Source of the DNA: a virus
IMG/VR virus record: IMGVR_UViG_3300019889_000001
Location: 5,726-69,725 of that record
Length of the DNA: 64,000 nt
Direction: 5' to 3' (one strand)
The position numbers and the translations under genes are program-made. Below, one piece after another: positions 19,194 through 29,507 of this stretch. Under the pieces are notes generated by a model. The model ran no database searches. It saw nothing but the letters and a program-made list of their open reading frames with translations, and was not told the origin of the DNA. The stretch's first letter is position 1, and every line of letters begins with the position of its first letter.

Positions 19194-19526
19194 ATGACGA
19201 AGACGTACACCACTGAGGAAGCCTGCGAAATAGCGGGCCTTTCCGAACGGGTTGTCCGCTACTGGGTGAGTGTCGGAGCGGTTGTGCCGCTCGTTCCCCC
19301 TGCCGGCCAGGGCTCACACGTCCGGTGGACGCCAGACCAGGTTCATCTCCTCGGGATCATGCGTACCATTCGCGATCACACGATCAACAGTCTCGACTTG
19401 CGGTTCGCGTTCAGCGCGACGACCGCAGGGGAGATCTGGAAGGCTCTCGTGAAGGGCGAGTCGTGGTCGTTCTCGATCGATGTCGATTCGGCCGGTCATG
19501 TCACTCTCTTGTCGAGTGAGCGATGA
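19194..19526 (+). CDS. MerR-like HTH DNA-binding protein
   Basis: YTTEEACEIAGLSERVVRYWVSVGAV.P....GSHVRWT. Confidence 0.8.
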   Translation: MTKTYTTEEACEIAGLSERVVRYWVSVGAVVPLVPPAGQGSHVRWTPDQVHLLGIMRTIRDHTINSLDLRFAFSATTAGEIWKALVKGESWSFSIDVDSAGHVTLLSSER

Positions 19527-19837
19527 AACCGGCCCGGGAGACACAGAGGGCGTACCGCGCTCGAGTGCAAGCCAGCATCATTCGTGGTGAGGTTCCCCTC
19601 ACCGACGAGCATCGTCGGGCCGCCGTTGTGATCGGCTCGACGAAATGGGCGAGCGTCCGTTCTGTCGCCACCGAGCTGGATGTCACGATCTCGAAGGCGT
19701 GGCTCCTCATCCTGAACCTGAAAGCCCACGGGGTCGTCCGGAGTGTTCCTCGTGACGTGAACGTCTTGGCGTTGGCCCCCGACATCACGATCATCGCCGG
19801 CGACGTCTGCCGTGCCATCCGCTTGGAGAATTCATGA
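19523..19837 (+). CDS. winged-HTH protein
   Basis: SVRSVATELDVTISKAW..ILNLKAHGVV. Confidence 0.6.
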   Translation: MKPARETQRAYRARVQASIIRGEVPLTDEHRRAAVVIGSTKWASVRSVATELDVTISKAWLLILNLKAHGVVRSVPRDVNVLALAPDITIIAGDVCRAIRLENS

Positions 19838-20451
19838 CCTACGACCGATCACAGATCGCCGCGATCGATACCGAGACTTTAGGACTGGACCCTGATTACC
19901 ATCCCCTCTGGGAGGTCGCAGTCATCGTCGACGGCGTCGAACACCAATGGTTCCAGAAGGTTGGGTTGCGCGCCCAGCTGCAGGCCGACCCATACGCAGT
20001 CGAACTCGGCGGATTCAACGAACGCTACGACCCCGACATCGCGCTCGACCCGCATGACTCCGTACGACGCTTCAACGAACTCGTCACCGGACGACATCTC
20101 GTCGGCGCCTGCCCCTGGTTCGACTCAGAACGGATGCATCGCACCCATCGCATGTCGCTCCCCGCCTACAACGGTGAAACCGTCGCCGAACAGATGGAAG
20201 CACGCCGCACGCCGTGGCATTACCACCTCATCGACGTCGAAGCTCTCGCCATCGGCTACCTGTGCGGATTGCAACAGGGATCAGACGACTACTACGAGAC
20301 CCGGCAGTTCGCGACCTTGCCATGGAAGTCGACCGAGCTGTCACTCGCCCTCTACGTCGACCCCGAGCAGTTCTTGCCGAAACACACGGCGCTCGCGGAC
20401 GCACGCTGGGCCCTCGCTATGTGGGAAGCCATGATGGGAGATCCGGCATGA
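19834..20451 (+). CDS. DEDDh 3'-5' exonuclease (DnaQ/oligoribonuclease-like)
   Basis: AIDTETLGLD, GA.PWFD, IDVE, HTALADA. Confidence 0.9.
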   Translation: MTYDRSQIAAIDTETLGLDPDYHPLWEVAVIVDGVEHQWFQKVGLRAQLQADPYAVELGGFNERYDPDIALDPHDSVRRFNELVTGRHLVGACPWFDSERMHRTHRMSLPAYNGETVAEQMEARRTPWHYHLIDVEALAIGYLCGLQQGSDDYYETRQFATLPWKSTELSLALYVDPEQFLPKHTALADARWALAMWEAMMGDPA

Positions 20452-20978
20452 CTGCCCGATCCGTTCACAGGAACGCCGAACTGGAAGTCATTCGGGCCGC
20501 TCGGGACCTGATGAACACCAACCCGAACGCCGAGGAGCTTGACCCGTCCGATGGGACGGCGATCATCCAACGCCTTGCGCTGCGTGAACTGATTCGAAGG
20601 TTCGCAGCGCTCGACGCTCTCCCCCTGCCCGATCCTGACGCAGCCCGCTCGAGCCGTGGCGCGCCGCTCACATCGCAGAACGCCGCGGCCTACGTCCGTG
20701 GCCCTCGAGCTGCGTCCCTGTCCGGCCGGATCGTGCGCCGACTGTACAATTCCGGCTTTGGGATGACCGTCGAGGAACTGTGTGACAGCCTCGATCGCAA
20801 GCACCAGTCGACAAGCGCTCGAGTTCATGACCTCAAAGAAACAGGATGGATCACCGGCAGTGATGACGACACCCGCATTACGCGCTCTGGTTCCCCCGCC
20901 ATCATCTGGCAGTTGTCAGACGCGGCCCGTTACCAGCTGACAGCCGCCAAGCTCGAGCACCGAGAGAGGGTGATCTGA
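20448..20978 (+). CDS. winged-HTH protein
   Basis: GMTVEELCDSLDRKHQSTSARVHDL...GWI...RITRSG.PA.IW. Confidence 0.75.
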   Translation: MTARSVHRNAELEVIRAARDLMNTNPNAEELDPSDGTAIIQRLALRELIRRFAALDALPLPDPDAARSSRGAPLTSQNAAAYVRGPRAASLSGRIVRRLYNSGFGMTVEELCDSLDRKHQSTSARVHDLKETGWITGSDDDTRITRSGSPAIIWQLSDAARYQLTAAKLEHRERVI

Positions 20979-21137
20979 TGAAGTCCATGACTGTCGAGGT
21001 TGTCTGCCACGTCTGTGGAAAGCGTCTCCGAGGCACCGAGCGGGCCGCCGGAGGTTTCGAGGTCCGCAACCACAAGGGTCTCAGCGGACGTCCTTGCCTT
21101 GGCGCACGTCTGTTGGTTCATCGGAAGGTGGCTCGTC

Positions 21138-21899
21138 GTGGTTGAACGAACCCCACCGACCAACGCCGAGATCGTCGACGTGTTGCGTCTGGCGATTGTT
21201 GCGGCCGGCGAAATGTCGGATCTGCCGTCGTGGCGTGGCCGTCTGGCCGCGTTGATCCCGGAGGTCGTCGCCACGATCTCTGAAGGCTCCCGCGAGTACC
21301 GCCAGGTCCACGACATGATGACCGCCGTCGTCCTGTCCGCCGAGTTCCTCGGCTTCGAACTCCAGGACCGCTCGCACCGCTGCAAGGTGGTGATCATGGC
21401 CGACTATTCGAAGAAGGGTGAGCCCGAGCATGTCTGGTCGGAACGGACCGACACGAAACTCGGCGCCGCTCAGCTCGCCATCTTGAAGACCTTGAAGAAG
21501 GGCAACAAGGTGCTCGTGTGGAAATCCACTGAGAAAATTGATGACGAACGGAAAGTTCGAATGCTCAATCACATCGCGCGACTTGATGCTACTACGCCGG
21601 TCCCGCAAGCGTCCCCGGCGCCCCAAACACCATCGCCCCAGCCAGAGTCCGCTCCCCCAGCGGAGACTCGGCCGGCGGAATCCCCGACCGGAACCGCCCC
21701 GGTCGGGGAGCAATCTTCCAACATCCCGCCACCCGACCTACACGAAGCGCTCGAGCGCCTGTCGGGCAAGGAGCGGGTCGCGGTGATCCGCTGGGCGAAG
21801 GAGCAAGGCATCGCCAACGTGTATGGCGCCGACCTACTCCCCGAACAGACCAACTCGATCCTCTCCTACATGGAGCTGATGAAACAGGGGATGACGTGA
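21138..21899 (+). CDS. hypothetical protein with Pro-rich linker
   Basis: Long ORF, GTG start after SD-like AAGGTGG. Confidence 0.65.
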   Translation: MVERTPPTNAEIVDVLRLAIVAAGEMSDLPSWRGRLAALIPEVVATISEGSREYRQVHDMMTAVVLSAEFLGFELQDRSHRCKVVIMADYSKKGEPEHVWSERTDTKLGAAQLAILKTLKKGNKVLVWKSTEKIDDERKVRMLNHIARLDATTPVPQASPAPQTPSPQPESAPPAETRPAESPTGTAPVGEQSSNIPPPDLHEALERLSGKERVAVIRWAKEQGIANVYGADLLPEQTNSILSYMELMKQGMT

Positions 21900-22080
21900 G
21901 ACGTCTCGACACACGTCGGAAGGCACGGCTCACCGTGTACGAGCCTGACACGATCGTCATGGCAGCCAACAAGACCACCGGGGAGATCTTCGAAGGCCCG
22001 TTCCATCGGGTCGTCAACCACATCACCATCGGGTTGATGTGCGGCAACACCTGGAAGATCAAGACACGAGAGGGACCATC

Positions 22081-22344
22081 ATGAACCGAGTCATCGACGC
22101 CACTTTCGCTGTCGTCATCGTCGGCAGTCTGACTGCCGCCGGGGTGACAGCTGGCGCGGCGCTTGCTGGCGAAGACAACGAGATCGACACCGAGGTGTAC
22201 AGCTTCGACGCCGGCAGTCACGTCGCTCGGGTGTGGGCGTTCTGTTTCGGTGGCAACGGCATCTACATGGTCGGAGACACCGACCAGTTCCAAGTCCTTC
22301 AAAGCGACGAGGAATGCAACGAGGGAGGGGTGCTCGATGGCTGA
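22081..22344 (+). CDS. small exported/membrane protein
   Basis: Hydrophobic N-terminus, two Cys. Confidence 0.55.
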   Translation: MNRVIDATFAVVIVGSLTAAGVTAGAALAGEDNEIDTEVYSFDAGSHVARVWAFCFGGNGIYMVGDTDQFQVLQSDEECNEGGVLDG

Positions 22345-22699
22345 GCCGCATTGCGTGCCTGTCGTCGGCATGTCGTTCGTACCGGGATACCCGGATTTCG
22401 TTCACACTTTGCGTGAACTCGTCGACGGCCTCACCTGGCAGGACGAACCGATCCCAGTCGTGTTCGTCCGCAACCCGGACAACGAACACGACGCCAACGC
22501 AGTCCAGGTTCATGTTCCGGCGCTCGGGATCATGATCGGACATGTCTCCCGTCAGATTGCCGCCCGCCTCGCCCCCAGTCTCGACGAAGGGGTCGTGTTC
22601 GCGGCGTCGGTCGACAGAGTCCGCGTCGATCCCGATCATCCGGAGAATCCGGGTGTCGACATCAAGTTTCAACGAGAGGAACAGGAGACATCAATATGA
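22337..22699 (+). CDS. HIRAN-domain protein
   Basis: VVGMSF...VRNPDNEHDANAVQV...IGHVSR.IAARLAP.LD. Confidence 0.85.
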   Translation: MAEPHCVPVVGMSFVPGYPDFVHTLRELVDGLTWQDEPIPVVFVRNPDNEHDANAVQVHVPALGIMIGHVSRQIAARLAPSLDEGVVFAASVDRVRVDPDHPENPGVDIKFQREEQETSI

Positions 22700-23280
22700 A
22701 TGTCGGAACTCCTTGCTCAGTCCCGAGCTGCGATCGAAGAGTCACGCAGCTCGCCGAGGTCACAACGGATCTCATGATCTCCGTTGACATCATCGACGAC
22801 ATCATCAACGAAGCCGACTCACACAACGTCGACCAGGCCATCGTTCTGCGCAAAACGTTGATGGATGTCATCGAAAAGGCCCGGGAAGGCATCGTCGCCC
22901 TCGACGTGCACCTGCTGTCCGTGCTCGAGGCGCCCATCCAGTACCAGGGGTGGGCGTTCGAACGTCGGCGCAAATCTGAGTCGAAGCGGTACAACCACAA
23001 GCTGGTCGCCGCCCAGGTCCCTGGCGTCGCAGTGCAACGCACCGCGGACCCCGATACCGGAGAGATGGCTCCGGAGGAGCGCATCCACCGCGAGATCGTC
23101 GACGTCATGCTGAGCCTCTACACGTCGGGGGAACCTGATTCGTCATCGACGTCGGTGAAGGTGACGCAGCTCGACCGGTACGGCATCAGCCGTGACGGCA
23201 TCGTGTCGAAAGTTCCAGGCGAACGGTACATCAACGCCTTTCCGTTGATGGCCGGCGACCAGTCCGCAAGGGAGGCATGA
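22696..23280 (+). CDS. hypothetical protein
   Basis: Coupled ORF. Confidence 0.6.
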   Translation: MNVGTPCSVPSCDRRVTQLAEVTTDLMISVDIIDDIINEADSHNVDQAIVLRKTLMDVIEKAREGIVALDVHLLSVLEAPIQYQGWAFERRRKSESKRYNHKLVAAQVPGVAVQRTADPDTGEMAPEERIHREIVDVMLSLYTSGEPDSSSTSVKVTQLDRYGISRDGIVSKVPGERYINAFPLMAGDQSAREA

Positions 23281-23891
23281 TGTGCCGAGTCAATGACGAT
23301 TTCGATTGGATAGTGGAAGCCACCAATCCGGAGGCCGTGTCGGAAACTGACGAGCACTGCGAGGACTGCGGCCGGAAGATTCCCGTCGGTGAACCACACA
23401 CCGTGTTCACGGCAATGGTCGACGAGGTCGAGCGCGAGCAGTCCCCGCTCGTGTTCGTCGCTCAACATCCGAAGCCGGGCCAGACCTATTTCGACGAGAG
23501 CAGGCCCTTCATCAGACTGCCGGACTTCTACGAAGATCCGCTGACCGACAACGCATTCGAAGCGCTCGGGTTCATCACCGACGAGGTCAGCGAATACGAC
23601 CTCGTACCTCACGAACCGCAGTACCACATCTCGTGCAACCACTGTCGGGCTGCGAACATCTGGCTCGAGAAGGTCTGCGACCAGACCACTGTGCTCATCA
23701 CCGTCGAAGACCTCGCCTCGCATTGGGATGACTACACACCGGAGCAGCTCGGCGCGTCGTTCAGGATTCTCTACAACCTGAGCCGTCAGCAGTGGCGGTC
23801 CGGGACGAGACTCGTCTCCGTGAAAGAGGTGGCCGTGCTGGCCGAAACAGCAGCCGAGTTCGCTCTCGCGGGGAACCTCGTCCATGACTGA
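23277..23891 (+). CDS. hypothetical Zn-binding protein
   Basis: EHCEDCGRKI.VGE...CNHC. Confidence 0.65.
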   Translation: MMCRVNDDFDWIVEATNPEAVSETDEHCEDCGRKIPVGEPHTVFTAMVDEVEREQSPLVFVAQHPKPGQTYFDESRPFIRLPDFYEDPLTDNAFEALGFITDEVSEYDLVPHEPQYHISCNHCRAANIWLEKVCDQTTVLITVEDLASHWDDYTPEQLGASFRILYNLSRQQWRSGTRLVSVKEVAVLAETAAEFALAGNLVHD

Positions 23892-25379
23892 GGAACCGGC
23901 CTACATCCTTCCCGCCGAATACGTCGGCGAAGCACGCCATGATGATGACGGCTGGTTGACCATCGGTCTACCAGACGACAAGGGCGAAGGTGTCGTGCGA
24001 CTCCAGTTGACGAAACCTGGCCTGGTCGGATGGTGGAACACTGGCAGCGTCGGTGTCTATGTACGGCGCGTCTCGGATGATCTCAGCATCGTCGAAATCG
24101 CGATCGCCCGTCACGACGGCCTCGCTCAGGAAGAACTGGACGCCGAAAACGACGAAGCCCAAAGATATCCGCTCGGGCCGAAGGAGTATTGGCGCACGAA
24201 GAGTGTCGGCCACTACACCTACGGCGAAGACGGTCACCTGATGACCGATGACGAGTTCGAGCAGGATTGGCACGACGGATGATCGTGGGACTCATCAATG
24301 AATGGGCTCGTCGCATCTTCGTCCGCCGGCCAGCCGACAGCCGCACCGACGAACAGGTCATGAGCGTCTGGATCTCACCGTCGCGTCCTCGTTGGGATTA
24401 CGTGTCGGAAACCGGTCCGTACCGGCTGATCCGACTCGACCGGTTCGAGAGCCCGGTGTACTGGCTCGAAACCTACGACAAGATCGCCGACGCCATCTTG
24501 GAGTTCGACCGGTTCAACCAGCCGCGGCCCAACCAGATGTGCCTACTCGTCGACGGACGCGACCAGACGATTCTCGGCTGGAACGACCAGGACGACGATG
24601 ATGCAGACTTCCGGTACGCGATTTTTGGGTGCAAGTTCGGCTTCGACCTGCTTGCAGTAATCAACCCGATCGACTCCGCTTTGTGGGAGTCGATCGCTCA
24701 ACGAGAGGAACGACCTTGAACGTTCGCGAAAGCACATTGGGGGCCGTCAACCGGTACCGCATGTTGACCGGGAAATGGCCGACCCGCGACGCCCTGTACC
24801 GGGTGTTGCCCGACCGGGTCAAAACCAAGATCGACGGAAGGCTCGACGCCCTCGAGCAGCAGGGGCTCATCGAAATCCAGCGGGGGCGGATCGTCGCCTC
24901 CGTCATGGTCGCTGAGCGGGAGACGTTATGAGTGACGAGCCCCAGCCCTACGAATGGCTGGTTCCGGAGCCACCCAGGGAACCGGATCTTCTGCCTATGG
25001 CTCGTCTCGAGGAGACGAGGGCTGAGATCTCGATGCCGGCGCTGTCCATCTACGTCGAAGTCGTCGAGCTGTTGCGCGAGTTCTCCGGCGACGAGGCTCG
25101 ACTCTTCGAATTCGTGGGCAAACTCAAGGATTTACTCCGATGAGCTTCCAGCGCATCGAGCAGGAGTTCCCCGTCGGTGACGTCCGTGTCCAGGCGGCGA
25201 AGGCAGCCCGCGAACTGATCGAGGCCGCCCGTCGGGAACCAGACATCAAGGAGATGATCGCCGCGGTGTGTGCCCGTACGGGACATGCCAGCATCATCGA
25301 TCTGGCCGCCGCGGAACCGGCCGACGTGATCATCCTCGCTGAGGAAGTTCTCAGCCTCGCCGAACAGGATTTTGAGTGA
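23884..25379 (+). other. run of hypothetical genes (23884-24282, 24279-24719, 24716-24931, 24928-25143, 25140-25379)
   Basis: Overlap-coupled ORFs; 24716-24931 is wHTH-like. Confidence 0.6.
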
Positions 25380-25942
25380 TCGTCGTTTTGTCGTACGCGC
25401 AGCTCAACGCCGCTCGCCATTGGGGTACGGCGCGGCACAAGCAGCACCTCATCGCCAACCGCGAACGGACGAAGGCTGGGCACGCCGTGGCGATGCCGGC
25501 GATCGGCTGGAAAACTCTGGCGGAACGGATGGAGAACAACGTGTTCTACGCCTCGTCTGGAAGGCATCGCAAGACCAGCAATGCCCGGGATGGGGTCCCG
25601 GCCTCGCGAAAGGCTCTCAAGAAAATCATTACTGCCCTCAATCAGGTCACGATGCACCCAGCGTTGAGGGGCGAGCCTCAGGTCGGCAGCTTTGGGCTCG
25701 TGCTGATGGTGTGGCCGCAAGGCGCCAAATGGTCGCTGTATCCTGTCGCCGATCAAGATCCGGTCTTCTTCGTGCCAATCCAGGAACATCACTCAACGCT
25801 CGGTGTCATCACGTGGTGGCGTCCGCAGGCTGAATGCCCGGCCGACCTACCCGACTTGTTCCCCGATCCGTCAGATCACGCCGGCTGGCTCGTCGGCGGA
25901 CATGACGTCGTTGGAGTCGCCGAGGACCACCGAGGCGCGTGA
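25376..25942 (+). CDS. hypothetical protein converging on terL
   Basis: GTGA-coupled; 3' end overlaps terL 3' end by about 70 bp. Confidence 0.55.
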   Translation: MIVVLSYAQLNAARHWGTARHKQHLIANRERTKAGHAVAMPAIGWKTLAERMENNVFYASSGRHRKTSNARDGVPASRKALKKIITALNQVTMHPALRGEPQVGSFGLVLMVWPQGAKWSLYPVADQDPVFFVPIQEHHSTLGVITWWRPQAECPADLPDLFPDPSDHAGWLVGGHDVVGVAEDHRGA

Positions 25943-27468
25943 CCCGCGGCCTCGTAGGTGGAGGTCGGGGATCAACATTTCGACGACGCTCGAGTCGAGC
26001 ATGTCGTTGATGGCATGCGCAGTAACATCGATCATGTCGTCATTCCTTCCCTTGCGGCCGTCGCCCATCATCTTGCGATGTTCGTCGATGAACGGCGCAA
26101 CCCAGTCCGGTGACTTGCCATCCTTGCCGCGGGGAAGTCTCACTCGTCCCTGTTGCATGAGTGTCGAGTACGGCCGGGCCCGCTCCTCCTTCGAGCCTTC
26201 GGCGCGCGCCATGGTGACGGTGTAGTTCTTCAGTTCCTTCTGGTAGAAGGCGATCACGGCTAGGCCGTCTCCATTCCTGGAGCCCTCGATGAGCACGGGG
26301 ACCGACACTCCGTCGGTGAACGCAGTCACCTTGACTTCGTCCATCACTTCGTTCGCGCCCTTCTGGAATCGGGTGATGTCCTGCACATAAAAGACGTCGT
26401 CGATGTCTTTCGTGACGAGCCCGCCGACGCTGTAGTCGCCGCCACCTTCTGAGGCCGCGAGGTCCCAGGCTCGTCGGCGGGACTGCATCCACGGCTTGTC
26501 GTCCGGGTCGTACCACGCCCATTTATCCGGGGGGAACATACCGCCCGTCGGCGAGGTGGGCTCCTGTTCGTACACGACGGAGAAGATGAACGGAACGGTC
26601 GTGCGCTTGCGCCGGTAGAAGAACGAGTCGTGCCAGCGCTCCGGGTCTTCCTCTTCGCCTGACTTCGAGAACCGCGTCTTCAGGGGTTCACCGCGTTTGC
26701 GGCCGAGGAGGTCGCGCCACTCCGGGTCGTCCGGGTTGTCTTCGTCGAAGTCGGGCTCGGCGATCGCCTTGAACACGAGGGATTCCCAGCGGTCTCCGTC
26801 GTACTCAGGATCTTTCGCCTGGGCGTCGATGCGGCCGGACATGTCGTCGTCCGCAAATCGGGTAGCCCCGAGGAGCATCGTGCCGCCGGGTTGTAGGCGA
26901 GGCAGGATGGCGCCGTGAAACTCTGCCCAGTGCGTTTCCTTCGTCTTCGTTGAGCCGGCTTCCTCCATGCCCTTGATTAGGTCGCCGAGTACGACCAAAT
27001 CTCCTGGCATACCTGAAATTCGCGAGCCGATCCCGACGGACAACATCCCACCTTGGTGTCCAGCCAGACGCCATTCCTGTTTCGACTCGTAGTTCGCGTC
27101 GACGGTCTGGCCGAAGAACTCGGGGCCCCACTTCATGAAGATGTCCCGCACGAGCGCGCCGGAGCGGATCGCGAGGTCGTCGGAGTAGGCGATCAGGATG
27201 ACTCTGGTATCAGGCCAATGGCCGAGCACCCAGAGAGGAGTGAACAGCTCGACCAGGCTGCTTTTCCCGATTGTGGCGGAGCGTTGATCTTCAAGAACCG
27301 CTGGTTTTCACGGTCACTGACCGCGTCCATGATCCGACCTTCACACATCCGCAGCCATGGGTCGGCCTGGTATGTCGACCGGGGGCCGTAGAGATGTGGG
27401 GCAAGCGTTTGTGCAAGTCGGAGCGGTGAGCCGACCTTGCGGAGATGTTCGATGTCGGGGTTAGTCAT
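25871..27468 (-). CDS. terL: terminase large subunit, encoded in two frames joined by a -1 shift at 27262-27268
   Basis: Frame 1 ends INAPPQSGK; frame 2 continues SSLVELFTPLWVLGHWPD...; AWDLA, GGDYSVG, GSKEERA, NDDMID nuclease motifs. Confidence 0.9.
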
Positions 27469-28750
27469 CGACTACCTCGGCGTCGACGACGTCCTCCATC
27501 TTGTCGAGCGGCCCACCGAGAGCAAGCGCCTGGTGGCCGTGTTTCGCCATCAGTTCGAGCGCTGCACTCGTGACGGCAAGCACCCGTTCTGCGGCTGGTG
27601 TGCCCTGGTGACTGACGTTGACGCGGTGTGTCGGTGGACGCCACCCTCTGTCTTGGCCGTGACAGTAAAGCCACATTTGGATCATCGGCGTGTTGTGAGT
27701 CGCGCCGTATTCCGTCAGGAATGTGCCGGTCGATGTCGCGAGGGTGCAGATCTCGGCCTCTCCGTCTGGCTCTGCCGATACCACCTCTCGGAGGCTCTCT
27801 TCTCCGAGACGGCTGAACGTCCTGCCCTCAACCGCGCCCCGCGTCAACCAGTTATCTAGTAGACGCGGGGGGCGCATCTGCCCAAGGAACCGTAGGGTTT
27901 GCCAGCGATCCTTCAGCCTCAGGTAACTAATCGACGACAGTCGGCTGTTCGGGGTCATCCGGCTCCCTTCCTTGTAGGGAAACCCGTGCTCGTCGAGGGC
28001 CTGCTTTACGGCGTCCAGTAGGGGATTCGCATACTGAGAAAACTCGGCAGTGGGCCAACACCGCAGCGACCCCATTGAGATAGAGCCATCAGCGTCGAAG
28101 GCCCCCGCGAGAAACCCTGCCGCGTAGTCCCGCGGGGGTGTGCTCCAGGGAGCGAACGGTCTGACGATCCAGGCCGAACTAGGCCCGCGACGGGGGCCTC
28201 CAGTGGCGAGGCGTTGAGCGATGTCTGGCGGCGTCAACCAGAATAGACGGTTGTCTCCGCCTTGAAGTTGGCGGTTGCGGGTGACTATCCAGGGGTGATC
28301 GGGGGTGCAGCGGACTGACTGGCCGTCAGCGAACCTGAGTCGCCACACTTCGCGGCGATCCAGCCCTGTCGATAGGACCGTAGCGATGCGATATCTCCGC
28401 GCTCTCTCCCCCTCTAGGCGATACTCATCGAATCCAATGAGTCGCTCCCCGAACAGCAGGTCGCCGGCCGCCACCCACTGCAAGTCCTCGGTGAGCACGC
28501 GCACATCGGGTGTTACGCAGTTTCCAGCGATCGCCATGGCCGCCGACTTCTCTTCGATCGATTCGATGAGCTGCTCGCGGGCCGCTTCCATCACTTCGAC
28601 GAACTGGGCGTCCGACTGTAGTTCTCGGAGCTGGCGAAGGCTCCAGCCGACGGCGATCGCTGCGTTCTTCGGTCCGACCCCTTTCGAGATCATGCCGAGG
28701 AACTCCTCCATGCCGTCCAGGACGACGGGAGACAGAAGATCAGTCGTCAT
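27461..28750 (-). CDS. putative terminase small subunit containing an intein
   Basis: Directly upstream of terL; N-terminal HTH-like segment; 153-aa extein after intein removal. Confidence 0.7.
   Translation of the reverse strand: MTTDLLSPVVLDGMEEFLGMISKGVGPKNAAIAVGWSLRQLRELQSDAQFVEVMEAAREQLIESIEEKSAAMAIAGNCVTPDVRVLTEDLQWVAAGDLLFGERLIGFDEYRLEGERARRYRIATVLSTGLDRREVWRLRFADGQSVRCTPDHPWIVTRNRQLQGGDNRLFWLTPPDIAQRLATGGPRRGPSSAWIVRPFAPWSTPPRDYAAGFLAGAFDADGSISMGSLRCWPTAEFSQYANPLLDAVKQALDEHGFPYKEGSRMTPNSRLSSISYLRLKDRWQTLRFLGQMRPPRLLDNWLTRGAVEGRTFSRLGEESLREVVSAEPDGEAEICTLATSTGTFLTEYGATHNTPMIQMWLYCHGQDRGWRPPTHRVNVSHQGTPAAERVLAVTSAALELMAKHGHQALALGGPLDKMEDVVDAEVVDD
27692..28519 (-). mobile_element. intein with LAGLIDADG homing endonuclease (276 aa)
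   Basis: GN/CVTPDVRVLT block A; CTPDHPW block B; FLAGAFDADGSI; ATHN/T C-terminal junction. Confidence 0.93.
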
Positions 28751-28759
28751 GGGCCTACG

Positions 28760-29149
28760 TTACTCGCCGTCGGTGATCTCGAGCACGACGACCGCCACCA
28801 TCCAGGCCGCCAGCCACCACAGCACTGGCGCGGGAACGGGTTCGACGAAGATCCGGAAGCCGAAAAGGACCAGGGCCGTGCAATACGCGGAGGCGCAATA
28901 CGCGCATTGGATCATGTAGCCCAGCTTGTTCCGCAACCAGTACGCCACCTTGCCTCGCGAGTGGTATTCGGGTTCGGCGAGTGGGCGGAAACGGAAGCCG
29001 TCGCGCTCCCGGGTTTTCACTTGGACGGGGTCTTGGAGTCCGCCGACGATCCAGTTGCGGGGCTCGTCGAACAGGACATCGAGGCACACCAGCCGAGTCA
29101 GCCGGGCCGAGGCGAGTGAGATCAGTAGGAAGGCGAGCCAGACGTTCAC
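28760..29149 (-). CDS. DUF1360 family membrane protein
   Basis: ARLTRLV..D.LF...R...LGYMIQCAYCASAY. Confidence 0.85.
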   Translation of the reverse strand: MNVWLAFLLISLASARLTRLVCLDVLFDEPRNWIVGGLQDPVQVKTRERDGFRFRPLAEPEYHSRGKVAYWLRNKLGYMIQCAYCASAYCTALVLFGFRIFVEPVPAPVLWWLAAWMVAVVVLEITDGE

Positions 29150-29481
29150 CGATTACCACATTCGCGGCATTTGTCGTTGAGAGTGAGGACGATCTCGACG
29201 ACGGTGGGGATCGTCCCCTTGAACTCTTGGGACACCCGCAACGATTCGCCGTTGAGACGCAGCTTGCCTTTCTCTTCGGTGACTGTCACGTTCTGCATGA
29301 CGTCGACCTGTTCGCCGCGCCGGCTGCCGGAGTCGAACGACAGGATCGTCACTTTCGACTTCGGGGATTTGCCGATGATGAGCACGACGCCCCGTTCGAT
29401 GTTCGGATACATCAACTCCTTGTTCTTGGCGTAGGAGATCGATCCGTTGTAGCGAGGCTTCTGGAGGATGGTGGCTGCCAT
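29146..29481 (-). CDS. hypothetical protein
   Basis: TAAGCT-N6-ATG leaderless; C-terminal CRECG. Confidence 0.65.
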   Translation of the reverse strand: MAATILQKPRYNGSISYAKNKELMYPNIERGVVLIIGKSPKSKVTILSFDSGSRRGEQVDVMQNVTVTEEKGKLRLNGESLRVSQEFKGTIPTVVEIVLTLNDKCRECGNR

Positions 29482-29507
29482 CGCGTCAGCTTAGTGGTCC
29501 TACCATG

